Shown here piece by piece: positions 35,151 through 45,431 of a stretch of 64,000 nt of DNA. The notes under the pieces are model-generated. The model had not been told where the DNA came from. It made no database searches and saw only the letters and a program-made list of their open reading frames with translations. Within the stretch, counting starts at the first letter, position 1. Every line of letters begins with the position of its first letter. This DNA comes from Parasphingorhabdus sp. (lineage in GTDB: Bacteria > Pseudomonadota > Gammaproteobacteria > Arenicellales > CAJQKF01). A program made the position numbers and the translations under genes. The stretch is from contig JBLHGU010000003.1 of assembly GCA_047615875.1 (NCBI GenBank), positions 8,476 through 72,475 of the forward strand, written 5' to 3'.

Positions 35151-38100
35151 ATGCAAGTAAACGTATCATCAGGGCTTAGGAAAGTTACGTGTGGCATGTC
35201 TCTTGCCACATTATTGATTTCCTTGCCAGTAATTGCCGCGGAATTGTCTGGACTACAATGGAACGACACTGGCACCCCCGTTTTTTCTGTAGTCTCTTCA
35301 ACCCCTGACGCGGGGATAAAAGATTTTAAAACAGAAGTACTCGATAATGGGTATCGGTTAAGGGTCTATTTTCCAGGTGATGATCTCGCGAAAAATATTC
35401 GTGATATCGGGGCGGTAGGTATAGTAAGGGGCGTTTTTCCCTACATGACTGATGAACCCACCAGAGCAAACTTTGACATTCTTTTAAAAACGCCCGGTCA
35501 TCTGAGTGTATCGACAACAGCGACTGGGTATGCTGTTTCTATAGTTGAAGGAGCTGGTGAGACCATTGTCGTTGAAGACGCCGATCTTAATCAGCCTGAG
35601 ATTGTCGTAGGTGTATTGAAAGATACAAACAATGCTATAAGCGAGCCAGATGCAATCGAGTCAGATACATCCGAAATGTCAGAGCTAGAGCAGTTGGTGT
35701 TGCAAGAAATTCAGCAGCAGGAGCAGCCTGCAGCAGTTGTTGAAGAAAGTGTAAGCATCCCTGTTGCGGCAGAGATACTACCTGTAGTTGCGGCAGAAAT
35801 ACTACCTGTAATGGAGAAAGTTGCTAAAAATTCAACTACATCCAGTAATCGCCCACGGATTGTTTTACAACCAGTTAAAGCATCTAAGCCCGAAATAATG
35901 GCGGTACAGGAATTAAAGCCGGATGTGGTTGATTCCAGCCAGATGGTTGAGCAAAAAGAGCTAGACAACATCCCTGATACTGCTATCGCTGATACTGCTA
36001 TCGCTGATACTGCTATCGCTGATACTGCTATCGCTGATACTGCTATCGCTGATACTGCTACGATTAAGGTCGAGCCACAAATTCTCGTTGCGCAAGTGAA
36101 TAGCGGCAACAGCACGTTGTCTCTAAGTACCGCTGAAGTTCGCGCGCCAGAGATTAAGTTGACCAGCTCAGAACCTCAGGTAGTTGCAACTAGCACACGC
36201 GTTGCTCCAGAGGGATCACGTACTCTGAGTAATATCCAGTATGCCCAGTTTCCTGGTGGGAAATTGCAGATTAATTTAAATGTAAATACCGATGGTCTGG
36301 AACCAGGGGTATTTCGCACCAATAACCCTCCTCGGGTGATAGTTGATTTCTTTGATACAAAAAACGCTGTAGCCGAAACGATTCAGCGTGTTGGCATAGG
36401 TGCGATTGAAAGTATTGTTACCGCTGAAACAGATGATCGTACCAGAGTGATATTAAATCTTGTTGCAGCCGTGGACTTCGAGCAACGGCTGACGAGCGAT
36501 GGATTAGTTCTTGTTTTGGAATCACCATCGGATAGACAGCTTGCAGATACCATGCGTGCCAAGCCGCGGTTTGATAATGGTAATGGCCAACGCCTTAACT
36601 TTTCTGTCACAGATATTGATTTTAGACGATCCGTAGAAGGTGGTGGAACCGTTAGCATAAAGCTGAGTTCGGATGAAGTAGGTATTGATGTTCGTGAAGA
36701 AGCTGGCGAAATTTTGATTGATTTGCCCGGTACTTCATTGCCAGCAGCTCTGGAGAAACGTTTAGACGTGGCGGATTTTGCTACGCCGGTTCAAACAATA
36801 GACACCTTTTTTACTGGCGCAGGGACCCGTGTGATCGTCAGTCCCGTAGGTCAATATTCCCATTCGTCCTATCAAGTTGGTGATACGCTAACCTTGCAAA
36901 TTAACCCACCAACAGCGCTGGAAGTAGAGCGCGAACCAGATGAGTTTGGTTATGTTGGGGAGAAGTTATCGTTTAATTTTCAAAAGATTACCGTACGAGC
37001 AGCACTGCAGGTTATTGCCGACTTTACTGGTTTGAACTTCGTTACCAGTGATAGTGTAACCGGTGATTTAAGCCTGCGGCTAAAAGATGTGCCCTGGGAC
37101 CAGGCACTCGATACAATTTTGCAAGTTAAAGGGTTGGCCAAACGACAAAAGGGTAATGTGATCTGGGTAGCCCCGGCCGAAGAAATCGCTGCGAAGGAAC
37201 GCCAGACTTTCGAGGCGGAATCCCAGGCATTGTTACTGGAACCTCTTGTATCCGAATTAATTCAGGTTAACTATGCAAAAGCTAGGGAACTCAGTGAAAT
37301 TCTGAAATCCAGGCGAGCAATTGAATCTGGTGTGCAAGGCTCACTATTTGGTAGCGTATCGGTGTCAGACCAGCAAACCGATGATAATTCTCTTTTATCT
37401 AACAGAGGTAGTGTCGCGGTTGACGATCGAACCAATACGTTGCTTGTTCAGGATACACGGGCAAAAATTGGTCAAATACGAAAAATGATTGCCAAGCTTG
37501 ATCGACCGGTTCGACAGGTATTAATTGAAACACGAATCGTTGAAGCTAATGAAGATTTTAGTCGCAACATTGGCGCTCGACTTGGCTTTACACGCTTAAC
37601 AGAGAATGCTCGTTTGCCAGGCACCTCAGATACTAATATTGGTACTTTTGCTGGCTCAAGTTCTATTGAAAACAATAGTACAGTTTTGAGTGCTGGGCCA
37701 AACAGTGGTAATGGAATCAGTGTGAATTTGGGAGCAGACGGGGTCAGCGGACTTCCTGCAGCGTCCTATGCCTTTTCGTTGGCTAAGGCGGGAGCCGGAT
37801 TTGCGCATTTGATAGATCTTGAAATTTCAGCTCTTGAAGCCGAAGGCAATGGCAAAGTAATTGCGAATCCCAGACTGTTAACAACTGACCAACATGAAGC
37901 TTCAATTCAGCAAGGTCAGGAACGAGTGTTCACCACTAGTGTTCTGGGCGAGGGTGGTGTTGTAACGAAAAAGGCCGTGTTAGGATTAACAGTTACGCCT
38001 CAGATTACTCCCGATGATCGATTAATCCTGGATGTGTCTATTAGTAAGGATTCTTTTTCAGCAGCCGATGCCAGCACTATAAACACCAAGGCCGTGCAAA

Positions 38101-38309
38101 CTAAGGTGTTACTGGATAACGGTGAGACAGTGGTTATCGGAGGTATTTACGAACAGATTCAGGCTGAATCAACTACTAAAGTCCCATTGCTTGGTGACAT
38201 TCCTATATTAGGAAATTTGTTTAAAAAGCGAAACCTGGTTGATAACCGGACAGAGCTGTTAATTTTTCTTACTCCGCGAATCCTGAGTCCGGCGTTAACC
38301 GCGCAATAA
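35151..38309 (+). CDS. pilQ: Type IV pilus secretin PilQ, unusually long (~1050 aa), with an extra AMIN-like module and a repeat-rich linker
   Basis: The C-terminal secretin core is VLIETRIVEA...NPRLLTTDQHEASIQQG...VVIGGIYE...KVPLLGDIPILGNLFK. The N0 region is FQKITVRAALQVIADFTGLNFV. The start is ATG 35151 or 35195; the track start at 35070 overlaps pilP. Confidence 0.9.
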   Translation: MQVNVSSGLRKVTCGMSLATLLISLPVIAAELSGLQWNDTGTPVFSVVSSTPDAGIKDFKTEVLDNGYRLRVYFPGDDLAKNIRDIGAVGIVRGVFPYMTDEPTRANFDILLKTPGHLSVSTTATGYAVSIVEGAGETIVVEDADLNQPEIVVGVLKDTNNAISEPDAIESDTSEMSELEQLVLQEIQQQEQPAAVVEESVSIPVAAEILPVVAAEILPVMEKVAKNSTTSSNRPRIVLQPVKASKPEIMAVQELKPDVVDSSQMVEQKELDNIPDTAIADTAIADTAIADTAIADTAIADTATIKVEPQILVAQVNSGNSTLSLSTAEVRAPEIKLTSSEPQVVATSTRVAPEGSRTLSNIQYAQFPGGKLQINLNVNTDGLEPGVFRTNNPPRVIVDFFDTKNAVAETIQRVGIGAIESIVTAETDDRTRVILNLVAAVDFEQRLTSDGLVLVLESPSDRQLADTMRAKPRFDNGNGQRLNFSVTDIDFRRSVEGGGTVSIKLSSDEVGIDVREEAGEILIDLPGTSLPAALEKRLDVADFATPVQTIDTFFTGAGTRVIVSPVGQYSHSSYQVGDTLTLQINPPTALEVEREPDEFGYVGEKLSFNFQKITVRAALQVIADFTGLNFVTSDSVTGDLSLRLKDVPWDQALDTILQVKGLAKRQKGNVIWVAPAEEIAAKERQTFEAESQALLLEPLVSELIQVNYAKARELSEILKSRRAIESGVQGSLFGSVSVSDQQTDDNSLLSNRGSVAVDDRTNTLLVQDTRAKIGQIRKMIAKLDRPVRQVLIETRIVEANEDFSRNIGARLGFTRLTENARLPGTSDTNIGTFAGSSSIENNSTVLSAGPNSGNGISVNLGADGVSGLPAASYAFSLAKAGAGFAHLIDLEISALEAEGNGKVIANPRLLTTDQHEASIQQGQERVFTTSVLGEGGVVTKKAVLGLTVTPQITPDDRLILDVSISKDSFSAADASTINTKAVQTKVLLDNGETVVIGGIYEQIQAESTTKVPLLGDIPILGNLFKKRNLVDNRTELLIFLTPRILSPALTAQ
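35763..35810 (+). repeat. 24-nt tandem duplication inside pilQ (encodes VAAEILPV x2)
   Basis: gttgcggcagagatactacctgta is followed by gttgcggcagaaatactacctgta, with 1 mismatch. Confidence 0.95.
35976..36060 (+). repeat. 15-nt perfect tandem repeat (gatactgctatcgct), 5 full copies plus 10 nt, inside pilQ (encodes DTAIA x5)
   Basis: Counted directly. Units start at 35976, 35991, 36006, 36021 and 36036, with a partial unit at 36051. Confidence 0.97.
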
Positions 38310-38382
38310 GATCCCAGTCGTAAATTCGTGAGTCCCTTGTACTTAACAGCGGCCTGATTCGGGTGGCTGAGAAATTCTTCTT

Positions 38383-38901
38383 TTGAGCATACAGAACCTG
38401 ATCCTGGTTGGCCCTATGGGGGTCGGTAAAACCACTGTTGGTAAGGCATTGGCGAAAGTCACGGGCCGTGAATTTGTCGATCTTGACCAGGAGATTGAAT
38501 ATCGCACTGGTGTAAGCATCCCTACTATCTTTGATATTGAAGGCGAGGATGGATTTCGTAAGCGCGAAACAGAAATTATCCAGGAGTATACGGATAAGAG
38601 TAATCTGGTTATAGCGACGGGTGGTGGAGCGGTTGGGCGCAGTGAGAATAGAAAAGCAATTACTCGATCTGCTTTGGTCATTTATCTTAAAGCTCCAGTA
38701 GAAGTTCTTATTCAAAGAACCCGCAATAATCGCAATCGCCCACTGCTGAACGATCGTGACCCAGCTTCAACACTTATTAATTTAATGGAAGAACGTGAAC
38801 CCCTGTACCAGGAGGTGGCTGACATTGTGATAGAAGTAGATGATCGCGCCCCAGGTAGTCTTTGTAAACGTATCGTGAAGCAAATCGAAGAAATTACATG
38901 A
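38383..38901 (+). CDS. aroK: Shikimate kinase
   Basis: ILVGPMGVGKTTVGK P-loop. 172 aa, follows pilQ as in many gammaproteobacteria. TTG start. Confidence 0.92.
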   Translation: MSIQNLILVGPMGVGKTTVGKALAKVTGREFVDLDQEIEYRTGVSIPTIFDIEGEDGFRKRETEIIQEYTDKSNLVIATGGGAVGRSENRKAITRSALVIYLKAPVEVLIQRTRNNRNRPLLNDRDPASTLINLMEEREPLYQEVADIVIEVDDRAPGSLCKRIVKQIEEIT

Positions 38902-39971
38902 TCACGCTGGAAGTTGATCTGGCAGATAGAAGTTATCCAATACATATCGGTCGGTCATTACTGGAGCAACCTGAGCTAGTAACCTCACATATACGAGGTA
39001 GTAAAGTGATGGTGGTAAGTAATAAAACCATTGCACCACTATACCTGGATAGATTATTGCAAGGACTGGCTGGTTTCGAGACTCACACCTGCATTCTGGA
39101 AGATGGCGAACAATTCAAGAATCTACAGGTTGCTGAAACCATTTTTGAAGCATTACTTGAAGTGCCTTGTGATCGCCGTACAACGATAATTGCGTTGGGT
39201 GGTGGAGTCGTTGGTGATATTGCTGGTTTTGCGGCCGGTTGTTATCAGAGAGGCATACCTTTCATACAAATTCCAACGACTTTATTATCTCAGGTCGATT
39301 CTTCTGTTGGAGGCAAAACTGCCGTCAATTCCCGTCTTGGGAAAAATATGATAGGCCTGTTTTATCAACCACAATGTGTCATCGCAGATTCTGCGGTGCT
39401 GCATACGTTACCAAAACGTGAGCTTGCGTCAGGTGTTGCAGAGGTAATTAAAACAGCGTTGATTAAAGACGCTAGTTTTTTTCATTGGCTGGAAAATAAT
39501 CACCAGGCGTTGTTGTCCCTAGATCCCGCGGCAGTTTCCCACACCGTAGCGAATTGTTGTCGAATAAAGGCCCAGGTTGTCGCAGAGGACGAAACTGAAC
39601 AGGGCGTTCGTGCACTACTCAATCTTGGACATACATTTGGCCACGCGATCGAGACAGGTATGGGATACGGTACCTGGTTGCACGGTGAGGCAGTGGCGGC
39701 TGGTATGTGTATGGCTGCTAGAATGTCACAAAGAATGGGCCTGATGACCGAGAATGAAGTAGGGCGTATTGTAGATTTGATATCAGCCTGTAATTTACCT
39801 GTCGGACCTCCAGCGGAGCTAGGGCCAGATCAATTTTTGGACTTAATGAAAGTGGATAAAAAGGCTGATCAAGGACGAATTCAACTGATTCTACTTAAGC
39901 AAATCGGTCAGGCGTTTATGACTGGCGACTACAATATGGAATATCTAATTATGGAATGTAATGGCGAATAG
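38898..39971 (+). CDS. aroB: 3-dehydroquinate synthase
   Basis: ALGGGVVGDIAGFAA...IPTTLLSQVDSSVGGKTAVN...LNLGHTFGHAIE. The ATGA overlaps aroK. Confidence 0.93.
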   Translation: MITLEVDLADRSYPIHIGRSLLEQPELVTSHIRGSKVMVVSNKTIAPLYLDRLLQGLAGFETHTCILEDGEQFKNLQVAETIFEALLEVPCDRRTTIIALGGGVVGDIAGFAAGCYQRGIPFIQIPTTLLSQVDSSVGGKTAVNSRLGKNMIGLFYQPQCVIADSAVLHTLPKRELASGVAEVIKTALIKDASFFHWLENNHQALLSLDPAAVSHTVANCCRIKAQVVAEDETEQGVRALLNLGHTFGHAIETGMGYGTWLHGEAVAAGMCMAARMSQRMGLMTENEVGRIVDLISACNLPVGPPAELGPDQFLDLMKVDKKADQGRIQLILLKQIGQAFMTGDYNMEYLIMECNGE

Positions 39972-40235
39972 TCATAAGGCCTGATTTACCCTGCCTTGTT
40001 AGTAATAGAAGCATGTAGAGTATTCAGTAAAAACTGATTATCCAGCCATACAATGAAATCACTAAAAAATCAGCCAGATATTGCTACTAGCAATAGCGGT
40101 GACGTAAACTAGTGTCTAGATGCCGACCCGAATACTTCCGGTTCGGTTTCTGCCAGTAAATTAGTTGTAATCACATGGGTATCTATCTTTAGTTATGTAG
40201 CCACCCGTTTTAAATATTTTTACCAGAACGCCTTT

Positions 40236-40574
40236 ATGATTCCTGTGCAATTTAAACCCACATTGTTTGTGGTTACTGTCCTGATGGTACTAGCCGGTTG
40301 TGCTAACCATCATGGCGCGGCGTTTATCAAAACTAATCCTCCCGGTGCTGAGGTGGTTAATATGGAGGATGATACGGTGTTGGGCGTATCTCCGGTGAAA
40401 GTATGGTGGCGTGAGGGTAAGGAGGAACGAAAATTTATCAATGTTCGTGTACAAAAAATAGGCTACCGAGATAAAACCGCATCATTTTGGGTTAGCCTGC
40501 GACACGGCAACAAAGAAGCTGCCCTGCTTGAGCCACAATTTGTAGAAATTAAATTGGATAAAACGAATGATTAA
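40236..40574 (+). CDS. Small PEGA-like lipoprotein
   Basis: Lipobox VLAGC. IKTNPPGAEVV...LGVSPVKV...KIGYRD resembles a PEGA domain. Confidence 0.6.
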   Translation: MIPVQFKPTLFVVTVLMVLAGCANHHGAAFIKTNPPGAEVVNMEDDTVLGVSPVKVWWREGKEERKFINVRVQKIGYRDKTASFWVSLRHGNKEAALLEPQFVEIKLDKTND

Positions 40575-40926
40575 AACTTTGTTTATCGCAACCTCTTTGT
40601 TGCTTCTTGGAGGCTGTGCTTCCACTAAAATATTGCCGATGACTATACAGTCTGATCCACTAGGCGCACATGTTTTATATCAGGTACAAAGTAAGGTGAA
40701 AGGATCGGCAGGCACTACGGACTGGATTTATCTGGGCCTGACGCCGCTGGATGTGCGGCGAGAGGTAGGTAAAACCCAGCTTAAAAAAGCCGACGCTTTC
40801 ATTTTAAAAGTAATTAAAGATGGTTTTCTCGACCAGCAAAAAGCACTTACCGGTGATGAACTACTTGATCAGATAGACAGCAAAGGCCGAGTGTTCTGGA
40901 ATCCCCGGTTGGTTAACGTCAACTAA
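40567..40926 (+). CDS. Small PEGA-like lipoprotein (second, overlapping by 8 nt)
   Basis: Lipobox LLGGC. IQSDPLGAHVL...LGLTPLDV...KDGF is PEGA-like. Confidence 0.6.
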   Translation: MIKTLFIATSLLLLGGCASTKILPMTIQSDPLGAHVLYQVQSKVKGSAGTTDWIYLGLTPLDVRREVGKTQLKKADAFILKVIKDGFLDQQKALTGDELLDQIDSKGRVFWNPRLVNVN

Positions 40927-40951
40927 GTTAATTTTCACAAAAAGTATTTCA

Positions 40952-41659
40952 ATGCACGATCGTAATTCCATACTGGCTGAGCAACGCCTTATTGTTCCAC
41001 TGGATGTTCCTGAAATTGACCAGGCGAAAGCTATGGTCGAGAGCCTCGGGAATAATGTGGTTTTTTATAAAATCGGTCTCGAGCTGTTTATGTCGCGGGG
41101 ATTTTTTGAATTGCTTGACTGGCTGCGAGATCGTCAGAAGCTGGTATTCGTTGATCTAAAGTTTTTCGATATACCCGCAACGGTTGCCCGTGCGGTCAGT
41201 CGTTTAAACGGTACGGGTGTAACGTTTACAACGGTGCACGGTAATGACTCCATGATGGCCGCGGCCGCGGAAGCTGCCAAAGATGTATCTGTGCTAGCAG
41301 TTACCGTTCTAACCAGCATTGACCGAGGCGATCTCGATGATCTAGGGTTTCAATGCAATGTTGATGAACTGGTTATGTCTCGTGCAAAACGTGCAGTAGA
41401 GCATGGTTGTGCTGGTGTGGTCGCCTCTGGTCAGGAAGCGAAACCGATGCGCGAAGCCCTGGGCGATCGATTACTTATCGTCTCGCCAGGAATTCGGCCA
41501 ATAGACAATCGAGGTGATGATCAGAAAAGAGTGGTTACTGTTGAGCAGGCCTTCGATTATGGTGCGGATTATATTGTTGTTGGACGCCCCATTAGAGATG
41601 CCGAAGACCCAGCTGCAGCCGCTGCTGCTATCCAGAAGCAGATCAAAGCATCGGTATAG
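40952..41659 (+). CDS. pyrF: Orotidine 5'-phosphate decarboxylase
   Basis: LIVPLDV...FYKIGLELF...FVDLKFFDIPATV...VHG are PyrF motifs. Confidence 0.92.
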   Translation: MHDRNSILAEQRLIVPLDVPEIDQAKAMVESLGNNVVFYKIGLELFMSRGFFELLDWLRDRQKLVFVDLKFFDIPATVARAVSRLNGTGVTFTTVHGNDSMMAAAAEAAKDVSVLAVTVLTSIDRGDLDDLGFQCNVDELVMSRAKRAVEHGCAGVVASGQEAKPMREALGDRLLIVSPGIRPIDNRGDDQKRVVTVEQAFDYGADYIVVGRPIRDAEDPAAAAAAIQKQIKASV

Positions 41660-41709
41660 CAATAGAGATAGAACTCGCTGTAAAAGCTCTAATGAGGATT
41701 AAGACTCAA

Positions 41710-41735
41710 CTTACCCCACTTACCCCACTTACCCC
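41710..41735 (+). repeat. 9-nt tandem repeat (cttacccca, ~2.9 copies) in the pyrF-hemE intergenic
   Basis: Counted directly: cttacccca cttacccca cttacccc. Confidence 0.9.
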
Positions 41736-41790
41736 GTAATATGAAACTCCTTGAGATTTCAACTCCGGGAATTACTGGTAGTAATTTAAA

Positions 41791-42846
41791 ATGTTGAAAA
41801 ACGATACCTTTCTACGCGCATTACGTGGCCAGCCCACCGACTACACTCCTATCTGGATCATGCGTCAGGCGGGAAGATATCTGCCTGAGTACCGTAAAAC
41901 CAGAGAACAGGCAGGAGACTTTCTGTCGCTGTGCAAGAACCCGGAGTTGGCTTGCGAAGTAACTTTGCAGCCATTGCGACGCTTTGACCTGGATGCAGCG
42001 ATTCTGTTTTCAGACATCCTGACAATACCGGATGCTATGGGTTTAGGACTCAGTCTGAATGAAGGTGTCGGCCCAAAGTTTGCACGCCCGGTGCGTTCGG
42101 CTGCAGAAATTGCCGCTTTGGGAGTGCCCGACCCTGAGCAAGATCTCGGTTATGTGATGGATGCGGTGCGTACAATAAAATCTGCTTTGCAGGATAGTTT
42201 GCCATTAATTGGTTTTTCCGGAAGCCCGTGGACGTTGGCAACCTATATGGTTGAAGGTGGTAGTAGTCGCGACTTTAAATTGATCAAGTCGTTGATTTTC
42301 TCAGATCCGAAGGCAGCCCATCAATTGCTTTCTACCGTGACCGAATCGGTAATCACCTACCTGAATGCCCAAATTGCGGCTGGCGTAAACGTCGTGCAAA
42401 TTTTTGACACCTGGGGTGGCAGTCTTGGTTACCGTAGTTATCAGGAGTTTTCTCTGCAATATATGCAACGCATTGTAGATGGTTTGAACACTGGCGAAGG
42501 CGATGACCGTATCCCTGTTATCCTGTTTACCAAAGGCGGTGGACAATGGCTGGAGTCAATGGCGGACACCGGCTGTGATGCCCTTGGACTTGATTGGACC
42601 ACATCGCTTGCTGAAGCTAAACAACGGGTTGGCACAAAAGTTTGCCTGCAGGGCAACATGGATCCTATGGTATTGTTTTCGAACCCTGAAGCGATAGTTG
42701 CGGAAGCAACAGCTGTGCTGGACGATTTTGGCCCAGCGGGGCAGGGCCATGTATTCAATCTAGGCCACGGCATATTGCCTGGTGTGAGCCCTGATCATGT
42801 GAAGGTTCTGGTCGATCGGGTTCATGAATACACGAGAACTTCATAG
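41791..42846 (+). CDS. hemE: Uroporphyrinogen decarboxylase
   Basis: [16 protein letters not shown]...[12 protein letters not shown] are HemE signatures. 351 aa. Confidence 0.93.
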   Translation: MLKNDTFLRALRGQPTDYTPIWIMRQAGRYLPEYRKTREQAGDFLSLCKNPELACEVTLQPLRRFDLDAAILFSDILTIPDAMGLGLSLNEGVGPKFARPVRSAAEIAALGVPDPEQDLGYVMDAVRTIKSALQDSLPLIGFSGSPWTLATYMVEGGSSRDFKLIKSLIFSDPKAAHQLLSTVTESVITYLNAQIAAGVNVVQIFDTWGGSLGYRSYQEFSLQYMQRIVDGLNTGEGDDRIPVILFTKGGGQWLESMADTGCDALGLDWTTSLAEAKQRVGTKVCLQGNMDPMVLFSNPEAIVAEATAVLDDFGPAGQGHVFNLGHGILPGVSPDHVKVLVDRVHEYTRTS

Positions 42847-42899
42847 ATCTACTTTACGTAGAGTCTAAGAGAACGGCAAATTCGCCGGTCATAGAGAAC

Positions 42900-44672
42900 C
42901 TAAATATTCATTCCAGTTAAGCGATACCCTTGTGTCCAATGATCCCTATCTTCTTGCCGGGCACAAAGGCGTAAGTGGGACTCAAACAGAAGTTGTTCAT
43001 TATAAGACTCCGGCAGCTCCTCCCGATATTTTTTCATGCTTCTTTTGCAAGCGTCCATATCTCCAAGTTGGGCATAACATATTGCCATTTGTTGGTGGGT
43101 GTAAAAGATGGGTAGCTTAAGCATTGATTCCAGCGCTGCAAGAGACTTCTCGTATTCATGCAGGTTGTAGTAGGATTCAGCGAGAATCTCCAGTCTCAAA
43201 TTATCAGCACTAAGCGGATCTAAAAGTGCAGCATGGTTATAAGTATCGATTGCACCCTGAGGATCTCCATTATAAGCCTGCAACATTGCCCAATATCCTA
43301 ATACGCGGGCACTGTTGGGATTGAGCTTGGTGGCGCGTTGTAGATGTTGTCTGGCCCGATCATGATGGCCCAGCTGTCTCAGCGCCTCGCCAAATGCCGA
43401 CTGGGAACGATAATCACTACTATCCAGTTGAATGGCCTGTTTGCCCGCTTCGTACGCACGCTCCAAAGGACTATCATCATAATAAGATAGATCCCATACA
43501 GCCATACCTTCAGCTACGGCGATACCAGCAAAAGCGGCCGCGCATTCTGAATCCAGTTTAATGGCATTCTGATACAGCTCAATAGCGCTCTTAATATTAT
43601 CACCGCGCCGGTTTAGAACGTGATTGGCTCGCATGAGATAATCATAGGCCGTTAAGTTTTTAGTTGGATGGTGCCTTCTAACTTCTGCCACGGCTTCGGT
43701 AACTCTGCCAGGTAATACCCCGGAAATAGATCGTACAACATCATCTTGAACGTCAAATATATCTTCTAGCTCTCGATCATAACGTTCTGCCCAAAGATGG
43801 GAACCGTCTTCGGTCTCTAACAGCTGGGCTGTTATGCGAACCCGATTGCCCGCCTTTCGTACGCTGCCTTCCACCACATACCGCACACCTAACTTCGTCG
43901 CTACTTCTCTTATATCAACAGTCTGTTGTTTAAACATAAACGATGAATTGCGGGAGATGACAAATAACTCTCGAAACCGAGATAGTTCGGTAATAATATC
44001 CTCGGTTATTCCATCGCTGAAGTATTCCTGCTCAAGATCACCACTCATATTGGTAAAGGGTAGAACAGCAATAGAGGGTCTGTCTGGCCACTCGGTAGGA
44101 CTAATATTCTGAAGTCTTGTTGGACTAGGTGCGGCGGATGAGTCCGTGGCATCTTGACCCACACGATATACCTTTACCAATTCATCAAATCCCTTTAACT
44201 GTCGCTCTCCCATGCTTTCAAACAGAAATGGCAGACGCTTTGGTATAGTCTGATAAGCCGCATCTTGTATACAGATGCCAGCGGGCTCTGCGATTTGCTC
44301 CAGACGCTGGGCCAGAACAATACCCTCGCCAGTTACCGTATTGTCAGCAATCAGAACCTCACCTATGGCGATGCCCACCCTGACTATAGGGTGAATGTCA
44401 CCACTCAATTCCAGGTTTACGGAAGAATTGGTAGCCTGAAATTCCACGGCTGCTGCAACTGCGTCGGAAGCCCTGGAGAATTCTGCAACGAGCGCATCGC
44501 CGCGAATTTCATGGGCAATGCCACCATGACTGGAAATAACCGTCGCAAACCGCTTGAATGCATCCTGCATACGATTGTGGGCGAGGGTTTCGTCGAGTCG
44601 AACTAATCCCGTAGAACCTACTATGTCTGCGTGTAGCAATACTGCGAGTTTCCGAGATATTTCCTCATTCAT
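42900..44672 (-). CDS. Class III nucleotidyl cyclase - COG5616/TolB-N-like - TPR signalling protein (no TM helix seen)
   Basis: LLHADIVGST...RGDALVAEF...RVGIAIGEV is the cyclase core. Next comes RPSIAVLPFTNMSGDLEQEYFSDGITEDIITELSR...RITAQLLETEDGSHLWAERYDR, followed by TPR-like repeats. Confidence 0.85.
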   Translation of the reverse strand: MNEEISRKLAVLLHADIVGSTGLVRLDETLAHNRMQDAFKRFATVISSHGGIAHEIRGDALVAEFSRASDAVAAAVEFQATNSSVNLELSGDIHPIVRVGIAIGEVLIADNTVTGEGIVLAQRLEQIAEPAGICIQDAAYQTIPKRLPFLFESMGERQLKGFDELVKVYRVGQDATDSSAAPSPTRLQNISPTEWPDRPSIAVLPFTNMSGDLEQEYFSDGITEDIITELSRFRELFVISRNSSFMFKQQTVDIREVATKLGVRYVVEGSVRKAGNRVRITAQLLETEDGSHLWAERYDRELEDIFDVQDDVVRSISGVLPGRVTEAVAEVRRHHPTKNLTAYDYLMRANHVLNRRGDNIKSAIELYQNAIKLDSECAAAFAGIAVAEGMAVWDLSYYDDSPLERAYEAGKQAIQLDSSDYRSQSAFGEALRQLGHHDRARQHLQRATKLNPNSARVLGYWAMLQAYNGDPQGAIDTYNHAALLDPLSADNLRLEILAESYYNLHEYEKSLAALESMLKLPIFYTHQQMAICYAQLGDMDACKRSMKKYREELPESYNEQLLFESHLRLCARQEDRDHWTQGYRLTGMNI

Positions 44673-44829
44673 TGGGTGTACATACTCGTTATCATTTATG
44701 TTGGCTATTTTATCTCAGGGCGAACTCAGGCGCGAGCGTTGCATAGAAAAACAGCAATGAATCGTCGCCGCATAATTTATACCAACAATGTAGAATTATT
44801 TCTAACCTCTAAAGCTGAAGATTATCCTG

Positions 44830-45255
44830 ATGACGGAAACCGAACGAGTTGTAAGAATTTTTCACGAATCCTGGGATATGCGAAATCCCGATAGAGGCGC
44901 AGCCATAATCGCTGAAGATTGCCAGTTTGAAGACGTCGCTCGAGAGGAAATGCAACCTGGGCCAGAAGCGTATAAACAGGACTACTATCGATGGCGCAAG
45001 GCATTTCCCGATGGAGAATGTAAGGTGGTTAATGTAATTGTTCAGGATGACTGGGCAGTAGTGGAGTTTGTTAATCGTGGAACCCATACTGGACCACTTG
45101 AGACGAGCCAGGGCACTTTCGCGGCGACTGGTCGCAAGGTTAAAGTTCGCTATTGCAGTGTAATGCGGGTAGCTGATGGCAAAGTTGTTGAAGGTCGAGA
45201 TTACTATGATTCAGCCGGAATTCTTCAACAACTGGGGTTGCAGAATAACTACTGA
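44830..45255 (+). CDS. SnoaL-like (ester cyclase / NTF2-fold) protein
   Basis: 141 aa. The pattern ...AFPD....V..I..DD.AVVEF...GTHTG......G..ATG.KV......V.RV.DGKVVE..DYYD is typical of the ester-cyclase family. Confidence 0.7.
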   Translation: MTETERVVRIFHESWDMRNPDRGAAIIAEDCQFEDVAREEMQPGPEAYKQDYYRWRKAFPDGECKVVNVIVQDDWAVVEFVNRGTHTGPLETSQGTFAATGRKVKVRYCSVMRVADGKVVEGRDYYDSAGILQQLGLQNNY

Positions 45256-45431
45256 ATTAGCCGGCTTTTAACAATACGTGTAGAAATAGTAAACAGTTAG
45301 TAAGCTATCCATTTCAATTACGAAGCTTCTAAGTACGACCGCTATTATTGTAGTCAAGTTGGTCGTTGCTAGGCATTCGGGTAGTTCATTTGCCTGGCAA
45401 TTTGCTCTCTGATTTCCGGGCCTTTTAATTT

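Noticed and set aside
35976-36060. CRISPR-like array, suggested by the regular 15-nt repeats.
   Set aside because: The repeats are directly abutting with no spacers, are in frame, and lie inside pilQ (DTAIA x5). This is a coding tandem repeat.
35711-36115. The 134-aa minus-strand ORF with AVSAIAVSAI repeats.
   Set aside because: It is the antisense shadow of the pilQ repeat region and lies entirely within a well-supported + strand gene.
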